IMG/VR virus record: IMGVR_UViG_3300033067_000465
Span: 1 to 38,023 of that record
Reading direction: 5' to 3' (one strand)
DNA from: a virus
Lineage: Duplodnaviria; Caudoviricetes
Length of the DNA: 38,023 nt
Numbering within the stretch: the stretch's first letter is position 1; each line of letters starts with the position of its first letter. Position numbers and translations under genes: made by a program. Under the pieces are notes generated by a model that worked only from the letters and a program-made list of their open reading frames with translations, was not told where the DNA came from and did no database searches. Positions 8,844-15,957 of the stretch are shown here, in pieces.

Positions 8844-9464
8844 ATGAAAGAACGCCCAATAATATTTAGCGCACCAATGGTTAGAGCTATTCAGGATGGC
8901 AGCAAAACGCAGACAAGGAGAATTATTAAGACCGATACTATCCCTGGTATTGGGCCAATATTTAAAGGATATGACGACTCTAAGGATTGGATTAATTATT
9001 GCCCATATGGAAAACCAGGAGACCGTCTTTGGGTGAGAGAGACTTGGGGCGTTTGCACCAAAGGGGCAGACATCATGGCCGGAACGCACTGGGAAAATCC
9101 TTTGTATCGAGCTGATGCGGATAACTACGGGCTTCTATGTCACGACGTGGATGGGGCTGTATACCAAGATGATATCTTATGGAAACCATCGATACATATG
9201 CCGCGCGTGGCATCAAGAATAACTTTGGAGATAACCGGAATCCGACTTGAAAGGTTGAAAGATATCAGTGAGGAAGATGTAATTGCGGAAGGATGTATAA
9301 AGTTTAAATTTGAAGATGATTATGCGTATACATTTTATAAAAATGACAAAACTGGGCACGCAACACATACCGGGGCTTGTAGAAAATTATGGGAATCAAT
9401 AAACGGCAAAGGATCGTGGGATTTAAATCCTTTCGTTTGGGTTGTAAAATTTAAAAAAGTTTGA
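8844..9464 (+). CDS. ASCH-domain phage protein
   Basis: MKERPIIFS..MVRAI.DG.KTQTRR, CPYG.PGDRLWVRETW, WKPSIHMPR, NPFVWVV signature. Confidence 0.85.
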   Translation: MKERPIIFSAPMVRAIQDGSKTQTRRIIKTDTIPGIGPIFKGYDDSKDWINYCPYGKPGDRLWVRETWGVCTKGADIMAGTHWENPLYRADADNYGLLCHDVDGAVYQDDILWKPSIHMPRVASRITLEITGIRLERLKDISEEDVIAEGCIKFKFEDDYAYTFYKNDKTGHATHTGACRKLWESINGKGSWDLNPFVWVVKFKKV

Positions 9465-9485
9465 TTATTTTAAGGATTGAGATAA

Positions 9486-9704
9486 ATGAAAACAAAAGAC
9501 GTGCTGGATTATTTTAATAATTTACCGGAATACCCGGCTGTTATACGCCATCATAAACGACGCGGCCCTATGATTGGCGCAGTAAGAAAAACAGCCAACG
9601 CGATAGGCTGCACGGTACAAAACGTGTATTCATGGGGGGATGAGGTGCCGGAGAATGTATCGTACAAAATCCACGTAATCAGCGGCGGCAAGATCCCGCT
9701 ATGA
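9486..9704 (+). CDS. Cro-like HTH regulator
   Basis: MKTKDVLDYF...VRKTANAIGCTVQNVYSWGDEVPE...KIHVISGGK matches P22-type Cro. Confidence 0.75.
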   Translation: MKTKDVLDYFNNLPEYPAVIRHHKRRGPMIGAVRKTANAIGCTVQNVYSWGDEVPENVSYKIHVISGGKIPL

Positions 9705-9973
9705 TACCCGATAAAATCCCAGCGTGGCTTGCTGAGTTGCCCGGCCACGCGAATCTTGATAGCAAAGAAATGGCCAAAATATTTGGTTATAAACTTGCAA
9801 CTTCCGTTATTGGAGCGGCTCGTGACGGAACTATTCCATCTCCGTATAGCAAGGTTGCTTATATCAAACATCACGGGTGGAAGATGCTCTGGAAAGCCTC
9901 AACAATCAGGAATTTTATAAGGAGGCATAATCGTGAGCATCCAAACGATCTTAAGCAAACTCCAAAAAGTTAG
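9701..9973 (+). CDS. Small winged-HTH (AlpA/Xis-like) protein
   Basis: LDSKEMAKIFGY...GTIPSP...LWKASTIRNF pattern. Confidence 0.5.
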   Translation: MIPDKIPAWLAELPGHANLDSKEMAKIFGYKLATSVIGAARDGTIPSPYSKVAYIKHHGWKMLWKASTIRNFIRRHNREHPNDLKQTPKS

Positions 9974-10367
9974 AAATCGCGGTGGCGGTAAATGGATGGC
10001 ATGTTGCCCAGTACACCAAGAAAAAACTCCATCTCTATCAATCAAAGATGATAACGGCCATATTCTTATACATTGTTTCGGTTGCGGCGCTTCTGGGGTT
10101 GATATATGCGGCGCAATTGGTGAGGATGTGTCGGAGTTATTCCAGCCATCCGACTACTCTAACTATGACAGCAAGGAATATGAGAGAGCATCCAAATACC
10201 GCGCTTATTTTCCTGCAGATCAAGTGCTGGAAGCATTGCAAACAGAAACTTTAGTGGTGCTAATGATAACAGAGGACGTGCTTAAAAATGGCATTACTGA
10301 GCCGGTCAGGGAGCGGCTACTACAATCTATAAACAGGATTAATGCGGTTAATTTGAAGTATAAATAA
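9933..10367 (+). CDS. Stand-alone primase CHC2 zinc-finger protein
   Basis: CCPVHQEKTPSLSI...HCFGCG; no TOPRIM domain follows. Confidence 0.85.
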   Translation: MSIQTILSKLQKVRNRGGGKWMACCPVHQEKTPSLSIKDDNGHILIHCFGCGASGVDICGAIGEDVSELFQPSDYSNYDSKEYERASKYRAYFPADQVLEALQTETLVVLMITEDVLKNGITEPVRERLLQSINRINAVNLKYK

Positions 10368-10708
10368 TGACAGAAACTAATTACACAAAATATCGCGGCA
10401 AGTGCAAAGAAATGTCAGAGGAATTATGTCGCAAGGATCCATCGTTAACTTTAGTTCGCGGTTATTATCATTGTCCGATGTGGGGTAGGCAGCCGCATTG
10501 GTGGGTTAAAGATAAACAAGGGAATATTGTTGATCCCACGGTCCAGCAGTTCCTAACTGCTGGTATTGCGGCTGAATACGCAGAATACGACGGCACGGCA
10601 GAATGCTCAAATTGCGGGAAGGATGTAATTGTTAGTGAGTGCAGAACTGAGTCTAATTATGTTTTCTGTTCTGAAAAATGTCACGGTAAATTTGTTGGGG
10701 TTTATTGA
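10367..10708 (+). CDS. Papain/transglutaminase-like fold protein with C-terminal zinc finger
   Basis: GKC...HWW...DPT putative Cys-His-Asp triad; CSNC...FCSEKC. Confidence 0.55.
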   Translation: MTETNYTKYRGKCKEMSEELCRKDPSLTLVRGYYHCPMWGRQPHWWVKDKQGNIVDPTVQQFLTAGIAAEYAEYDGTAECSNCGKDVIVSECRTESNYVFCSEKCHGKFVGVY

Positions 10709-12114
10709 TGACAGAAAACATACTAGACCGACTCGCGCGCGAGGTTTTTGGCGAATGCAAGGAAATACCGGATACCGAACCGGCACGCAGGAGCTGCGAA
10801 TTTGATTTAAAAAGGCCACCTGGATTTGTGGGCGAAATAACTGATTACATCAACCGCCAGTGCAGATATCCGCGCGAGCATCTTGCGGCAATGAGCGCCA
10901 TTGTTGCCGTTGGTAATATGGGGTCAATGAAATATCAAAGCGATACTGGTGGCACGTCAAACCTATTCGCGTTCTGTATTGCCGGATCAGCATCAGGCAA
11001 GGAATCCGTATTGCAGGCAGTGATTGATTTGCATATCGAATCAGGATTGAGTCCGGCATGCCATGGCAAGATAAAATCAGATAAAGAAATTCATATGAAT
11101 TTAGTTCGCAATCAGGCGTCGATGTACATAATTGATGAGGTGGCGGTTGAGCTTGAGAAGATAATAAATTCAAGCAGGCAGGGTGGGGCTGCATATCTGC
11201 AAAGCGTTATCGGGACATTACTCAGTGTTTACAGCAAAGCAAGCGGTAATTATCTGGTATCTGGAGATATGCGAGCTGATATTATCGAGGATTTACGAAA
11301 GTATTACGCAGCGGAATCAAAAAAGGATGACGTTGACGAAAAAAAACTAACTGAGATAATTGAAAAGATTGACTTTATCGAGAAGTACGGACTTAAGAAT
11401 CCATACTTATCTATGATCGGTTATACGGTCCCTGGCACATTTAACAACATGGTGTCATTAGCGCAAATCATATCTGGTTTACTAGGGAGGTCTTTGCTTG
11501 CAAACGAGCCGGATAATAACCCAAAACGAAAGCGCGGGTTTGTTAAGCAAACCATGGCCGAAGAATTACGCGAGCGCATACTTTATTTTTGCGCTACCGG
11601 CCAGACAGATTCTTATCGGGTTGAAGAGGCAAAGCAGAAAGTTATTGTTAGAACAGATGATGACGCTAAAGCTGAGCTTGAGGAATGCGCTGATTGGTTC
11701 GAGGATGAAGCAGACAAGCATACTGAGCGGACAGGATTCGAGGCTGTTGTAAGGCGCGGCTATGAAATGGTTGATAAGATATCGTTCATCTTGGCTATGG
11801 AATCACGCAAACGCACATTAGAGCACGTTAAATGGGCTTTTGAATACGTTGCAAGGGATATCGAATACAAAACTCTTCTGGCGTATTCTAACGTTAAAGA
11901 GAAGTCAGATCCGGTGGAAAGCATGGCCGCTAAGATTATGTGCAGCTTGGATGATGATGGGATTACTGCCGGAAGGCTGATTAACAAATATCGCGCAAAG
12001 AAAACAGTTATCGAAGACGCTATAAATTTTCTTGAAAAAAAAGGAAAAATAAGAGTCGAGAGCAAGAAGATAAAATATCGCAAAGAAGACACTAAAATAA
12101 TTTACAAAGCATAA
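10705..12114 (+). CDS. DUF3987-like replicative P-loop ATPase/helicase with C-terminal winged helix
   Basis: PPGFVGEI, AGSASGKE Walker A, YIIDE Walker B, SGLLGR arginine finger. Confidence 0.8.
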   Translation: MMTENILDRLAREVFGECKEIPDTEPARRSCEFDLKRPPGFVGEITDYINRQCRYPREHLAAMSAIVAVGNMGSMKYQSDTGGTSNLFAFCIAGSASGKESVLQAVIDLHIESGLSPACHGKIKSDKEIHMNLVRNQASMYIIDEVAVELEKIINSSRQGGAAYLQSVIGTLLSVYSKASGNYLVSGDMRADIIEDLRKYYAAESKKDDVDEKKLTEIIEKIDFIEKYGLKNPYLSMIGYTVPGTFNNMVSLAQIISGLLGRSLLANEPDNNPKRKRGFVKQTMAEELRERILYFCATGQTDSYRVEEAKQKVIVRTDDDAKAELEECADWFEDEADKHTERTGFEAVVRRGYEMVDKISFILAMESRKRTLEHVKWAFEYVARDIEYKTLLAYSNVKEKSDPVESMAAKIMCSLDDDGITAGRLINKYRAKKTVIEDAINFLEKKGKIRVESKKIKYRKEDTKIIYKA

Positions 12115-12167
12115 AAATGTATGCTAGTATTTACGAATAAACCTAAGTACATCAAGCAGATAAAAAA

Positions 12168-12541
12168 CTGATAGTAAGTGATAGTAAAGCACTTACTATC
12201 AGATAAAGTTTTGAAAACAAAAGGAAAATTGGGAGCTGATAGTGATAGTATAAAACCCCTTAATACAATATTTTATTTCCTTTATAATACTATAATATAT
12301 ATAGAGATATAGGGAGAGATACATAAAAAATATAGAGATACAAACCGATACCAGCTATTTGCTGGTATTTTTTTGTGCAAAATTTTATTTATTTTAATAT
12401 TAGAGCAAATTACTATCACTATCAGCACTATATATTTCTTTAATATCATAATCTTAAACTGATAGTAACTTGCGTATCGGTTTTACTATCAGTTTAAGTT
12501 TAAAAATAAAATCAATATGTTATCAAAAAAACTGATAGTAA
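12168..12541. repeat. Putative replication origin: TGATAGT iterons in perfect inverted pairs
   Basis: IRs 12168-12180/12190-12202 (13 bp), 12235-12250/12411-12426 (16 bp), 12453-12468/12483-12498 (16 bp); extra copy near 12532; AT-rich; just downstream of the helicase. Confidence 0.8.
12348..12374 (+). terminator. Intrinsic terminator
   Basis: ATACCAGC-TATTT-GCTGGTAT followed by a T run. Confidence 0.7.
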
Positions 12542-12564
12542 TGCGCTTAATTATTAAAATTAGC

Positions 12565-12593
12565 TTGACAGGTTAATTACTGAAGAGTATATT
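12565..12593 (+). promoter_or_regulatory. Sigma70 promoter
   Basis: TTGACA-N17-TATATT. Confidence 0.8.
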
Positions 12594-12636
12594 TACCAAA
12601 TCAGAAGCAAAACTTAAAACAAACCAGGGGATTAAA

Positions 12637-12879
12637 ATGAAAACATTAAATACCATAACCAAACTCCACACGATAAACGGTCAAGAGTTTGTATCAACCT
12701 ACAAATTATGTGTTAGATCAGGACAAAATAGCGAAACATTGCATTGCGTTGATGTTGATCATGCTTACACAGACGGACGAACAGTAGCAATGAACGGAAT
12801 AATTTGTACAGAGGATAAAAACAAAGCATTTTATGCTTTTAAAGTTGCATCAGAAAGTAACGCCTGGGGATCAATGTAA
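12637..12879 (+). CDS. Hypothetical protein
   Basis: 80 aa, AGGGG RBS. Confidence 0.7.
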   Translation: MKTLNTITKLHTINGQEFVSTYKLCVRSGQNSETLHCVDVDHAYTDGRTVAMNGIICTEDKNKAFYAFKVASESNAWGSM

Positions 12880-12933
12880 TAATGATTTTATATACATCAG
12901 CAGAAAAACTTAAAAACAAATCAGGAGAATGAA

Positions 12934-13236
12934 ATGGCGAAATTCAAAATATTGATAACGGAATCAGACGGAACTAAAACTACCGGAGAAGTGAACGGTG
13001 CGAAATTTAAGTTTGAAGGTTTCGATTTCTTCTACCACAATAAACCAGATTCTGAGGGAGCTTTCAAAGTCTCGCATTTGCAGAGCGGACAAATCGCAGC
13101 CAGATTCACCCGGTCAGAGTTAGCAGCTTGTTTGAAAGATAAGAAGGCTGCGGCGGAATTGGCGTTGTCCGGTAGAATAAAGATTTTTGGCATGGAGACA
13201 TTCGTAAAAGTTATGAAAAACGCACCGTCGATATAA
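12934..13236 (+). CDS. Hypothetical protein
   Basis: 100 aa, AGGAG RBS. Confidence 0.75.
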   Translation: MAKFKILITESDGTKTTGEVNGAKFKFEGFDFFYHNKPDSEGAFKVSHLQSGQIAARFTRSELAACLKDKKAAAELALSGRIKIFGMETFVKVMKNAPSI

Positions 13237-13244
13237 GGATTAAA

Positions 13245-13484
13245 ATGACACCAGAACAAAGAGAAGTGGTTAACATGGCGTTAAAAGAGTTTGGCGCTAC
13301 CTTGACTGAAGATAATTTAATTCAGAAAGGAAATAGAGTGATTCCTAGCGTTCAAGTTATTGTTAAAGGTTGTAGACTACGTTTTGAAAGCCGAGCTACA
13401 GGTGATCTTGTTGCTTCAGTAACAATAAGTAAGTCTTCCGTTAAAAAGTTTGTTAAGAAGTTTTGGCATTGGAAAGAAATTTAA
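13245..13484 (+). CDS. Hypothetical protein
   Basis: 79 aa, AAGGA RBS. Confidence 0.7.
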   Translation: MTPEQREVVNMALKEFGATLTEDNLIQKGNRVIPSVQVIVKGCRLRFESRATGDLVASVTISKSSVKKFVKKFWHWKEI

Positions 13485-13669
13485 TAATTTACTTCGATCC
13501 ATCTATAGAATTCAAAGCTGCATTTAATCTTGCGATGAGTTATTACGGATGCGGGGTTGAAGAAGCAAGGTACGAGAAAAAAAGAATTATGGAATCTGCT
13601 TTAGCGTATCACATTGCTGAACAGTGTTACTTAAAAATTGCTGAAGAGATTAAGGAGAATAAAGTATGA
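13463..13669 (+). CDS. Hypothetical protein (start uncertain)
   Basis: Fills the gap in the operon; ATGA overlap with the next gene. Confidence 0.5.
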   Translation: MALERNLIIYFDPSIEFKAAFNLAMSYYGCGVEEARYEKKRIMESALAYHIAEQCYLKIAEEIKENKV

Positions 13670-13974
13670 AACACGAAATCGATATACCTGGATTGCCTGA
13701 AGGGTGGAAGGCTGTTGCTTACAGAAAACCTAAACAAACGGAGTATGTTTACATAGAATGTTCTATTCGTAAAGGTAATCAGGTTGCCACAAGTTACGAA
13801 CAGTTAATAATAGAAAAAATAAATCCGCGCAGGATTTTGATTGAGGAAACTTACGAAAATAGGTCGGCAACAAATAACGAATGGTGCGAGACTCCAGATG
13901 GATTTATATTTCAATCGCACGGATCAACTTGCGGTAAATACAAAATCTGGCGCGAAGTAAAGGACGGTGAGTGA
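13666..13974 (+). CDS. Hypothetical protein
   Basis: 102 aa, AAGGAG RBS. Confidence 0.75.
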   Translation: MKHEIDIPGLPEGWKAVAYRKPKQTEYVYIECSIRKGNQVATSYEQLIIEKINPRRILIEETYENRSATNNEWCETPDGFIFQSHGSTCGKYKIWREVKDGE

Positions 13975-14165
13975 TGGGCATTGAGTTTAATGAAATTACT
14001 GATAGACGAGTAAAGGTATTGCATACTGACAGAGTAGGTAAGGTTTTTGATGTCGGGACTATAAAAGTTAATTCTCTTGGCGCTTTATTTAATAGTCTTG
14101 ATATTTATGTTATGCAAGATATTTTAGATAAAATGAAAGAGCTGGAAAAAGAATTTAAGAAATGA
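13971..14165 (+). CDS. Hypothetical protein
   Basis: 64 aa, coupled to neighbours. Confidence 0.6.
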   Translation: MMGIEFNEITDRRVKVLHTDRVGKVFDVGTIKVNSLGALFNSLDIYVMQDILDKMKELEKEFKK

Positions 14166-14377
14166 CAAATCAGGATCGTGGGTTGTCATACTCTGAAGAG
14201 TACAAGCTTGAATGCCTTGAGCGCCACAATTTAGCAGTAAAAATATGCTCTCAAGATGACCACAAGCATCGTGTCGAAATGATCGTTAAATATGGCAATA
14301 AACACGGTGTAGAAAAAATGGAAAAACTTAAAGAAGTTGTGCGATTAATGTGGGGATTGAAAAATGACAATAGATGA
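14162..14377 (+). CDS. Hypothetical protein
   Basis: 71 aa, ATGA coupling. Confidence 0.65.
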   Translation: MTNQDRGLSYSEEYKLECLERHNLAVKICSQDDHKHRVEMIVKYGNKHGVEKMEKLKEVVRLMWGLKNDNR

Positions 14378-14555
14378 ATTTAATAAAACAATTTTTTTGG
14401 CTGGGATGAAAGCAAAGTACATGAATGAGTATTATAGCATTATAAGCGTTAATTTTGCAGAGTGTTTGTTTGCATTATGTCACCATAATTTTGGTGAAAA
14501 TGACCCAGACGTGTGGTTATGGGTTCGCTGCGAAAATGTTGAGTTAATTAAATAA
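14364..14555 (+). CDS. Hypothetical protein
   Basis: 63 aa, GGGGA RBS. Confidence 0.65.
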   Translation: MTIDEFNKTIFLAGMKAKYMNEYYSIISVNFAECLFALCHHNFGENDPDVWLWVRCENVELIK

Positions 14556-14569
14556 TAATTAAAAAACAC

Positions 14570-14598
14570 TTGACAGGTTATTATTGATTCTGTATATT
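14570..14598 (+). promoter_or_regulatory. Sigma70 promoter, likely driving the ncRNA cluster
   Basis: TTGACA-N17-TATATT; spacer similar to the promoter at 12565. Confidence 0.8.
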
Positions 14599-14725
14599 GA
14601 TTGACATACAGTAAAAACTAATTTAAAAGTTATCTCCTGCACGGGTTGAAATACCTAAGTAACGGTTTTGGCGGTTTCCCTAAGTGCGAAAATAAACCGT
14701 TTCAACTTTTAAATAGGAGTGTCAA

Positions 14726-14923
14726 ATGTTAAATAATGGCAAAGTTTTAATAGATTTATTATTAGCAAATGCAATGTTAGATGGAATGTCAACAAAACCT
14801 AAACATCTTGTTAATAACAGAAAAACAAGATTAAGAATTCCAGGAAAACGAAATCCAGCTGGAACCAAATTTGCCAGAGACGCGGAATCAGGAACGTGTA
14901 CTTTACGTTGTCGTGTTAGGTAA
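14726..14923 (+). CDS. Small basic protein
   Basis: 65 aa K/R-rich, AGGAG RBS. Confidence 0.7.
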   Translation: MLNNGKVLIDLLLANAMLDGMSTKPKHLVNNRKTRLRIPGKRNPAGTKFARDAESGTCTLRCRVR

Positions 14924-14977
14924 TTTAGTTTGGATGTTGTTTAAGTTTTTTAACGTAGCAAAAATAGGAGAAGTAAA

Positions 14978-15265
14978 ATGAAAGCAATATTTTTAGTGTG
15001 TGTGTTTTTTGTGGTGTTTCAAGGCTCGGCTAATGCAACAAATCAGAAGCTAGTAGGCGCAATAACTTTAAAGAATGCGGATATTGTTTCAATGGTTATT
15101 AACATTGATACAATTTCCACTAACTGTGAAGCTGATAAACTGGCATTAATGACACAGCAACTACAGTATGTAAGTATTGAAGCTAATGGCAATACACCAA
15201 ACCCTGCAGTTAACAAAAATAGTAGCTCATACTCACATTTAACTTGCCTACCTTTGGCTCAATAA
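14978..15265 (+). CDS. Predicted exported protein
   Basis: Signal peptide MKAIFLVCVFFVVFQGSANA, two Cys in the mature part, AGGAG RBS. Confidence 0.7.
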   Translation: MKAIFLVCVFFVVFQGSANATNQKLVGAITLKNADIVSMVINIDTISTNCEADKLALMTQQLQYVSIEANGNTPNPAVNKNSSSYSHLTCLPLAQ

Positions 15266-15370
15266 AGTTTTAGACTAAGCCAGTGATGTCACAATAATCT
15301 GGCGCCAAGAAGCAAGGGTTCAACAGCTATAGAAAATAGACTGCGGCATAGTCCAGAACCCTTGACTTGT

Positions 15371-15628
15371 TGGTGTAGTAAATTGCTGTAATCCGTATTG
15401 ACTTGAAGCGCTTTGGACGCGGGTTCGACTCCCGCCACTTCCACCAATAAAATTCTGAGGGGGTGTTCCGGTTTCGACATGGTGATTGATGGAATGTACG
15501 CAGCAGGATAGGCGACTGCCCTAAGCAGAGCAAACTTCTAAATGCAAACGACGAAGTGTACGACAATAGACTAGCTGCTTAATTCGGCTGTCTGGGGTGG
15601 CCGGATACCTTGCAACAGAAGTTCCGGC
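15371..15628 (+). ncRNA. ssrA: Circularly permuted (two-piece) tmRNA; upstream boundary approximate
   Basis: T-arm GCGGG-TTCGACT-CCCGC plus CACTTCC-A-CCA ending at 15446 lies before the 5' end GGGGGTG-TTCCGGTTTCGAC at 15459; G3-U70 pair; pk1 TAGG/CCTA plus CTGC/GCAG; tag ORF; second pseudoknot GGGGT/ACCTT plus GCCGGA/TCCGGC. Confidence 0.93.
15544..15582 (+). other. tmRNA proteolysis-tag reading frame ANDEVYDNRLAA*
   Basis: Resume context TAAAT-GCA; AND...LAA-stop consensus. Confidence 0.92.
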
Positions 15629-15689
15629 ATGAACATGTTTTGCGACTTGAAGCTGTGAGACTCAGTGGATCTGGTGGAGGCCCAGAGCT

Positions 15690-15821
15690 AACAACTAAGG
15701 CGCGGCGTGGAAGGACACGCAAGACCCGAGTGCCACGTAACTCAAACGTATGGTTCGGTGTGGATAATGGCTAATAACCTCCACTGAGTAGCCGGTATCA
15801 AGCCCGGTCGCCTTAGTTGTT
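15690..15821 (+). ncRNA. tRNA-shaped structured RNA 1 (family unknown)
   Basis: Perfect 13-bp closing stem AACAACTAAGGCG/CGCCTTAGTTGTT; D-like arm GCGTG-GAAGGA-CACGC; T-like arm GCCGG-TATCAAGC-CCGGT. Confidence 0.75.
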
Positions 15822-15935
15822 GGTGAATGCACGATTAAGCTGGCGTGACAGAAGGAACCTCGGCAGGATAGGATAAACAGGTCATAACTGTACCTTGTAA
15901 CGCTTGCATGCCGGGATCAGCTCCGGTCGCCAACA
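15818..15935 (+). ncRNA. tRNA-shaped structured RNA 2 (family unknown)
   Basis: Closing stem TGTTGGTG/CGCCAACA; D-like arm CACG/CGTG; T-like arm GCCGG-GATCAGCT-CCGGT; internal ACAG-GTCATAA-CTGT hairpin. Confidence 0.7.
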
Positions 15936-15957
15936 CTTTTAAAATAGGACAAAAATC

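Noticed and set aside
12168-12541. CRISPR array or protelomerase site
   Set aside because: Repeats are short, inverted and irregularly spaced; no cas or protelomerase gene seen
14640-14700. c-di-GMP (GEMM) riboswitch
   Set aside because: Only a CCTAAG fragment matches; the GGCAAA/GAAA/GCAAA core is absent
15318-15356. GTTCAACAGCTA...ATAGTCC resembles group I intron R/S elements
   Set aside because: No P4-P6 domain, P7 does not form properly and there is no interrupted gene
15415-15446. ssrA 3' fragment as an attP integration site
   Set aside because: The 5' end, pk1 and full tag frame are also present in permuted order, and no integrase was found
15289-15566. Minus-strand ORFs 15289..15480 and 15327..15566
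   Set aside because: Antisense shadows of the tmRNA (VEVAGVEPAS and WRESNPRP are typical T-arm read-outs)
15791-15808. GCCGGTATCAAGCCCGG resembles the twister ribozyme P4 element
   Set aside because: I could not place P1/P2 or the pseudoknot partners; the position next to the closing stem fits a T-arm better
15690-15935. Canonical tRNA genes
   Set aside because: No TTC T-loop, no CCA, oversized middle regions
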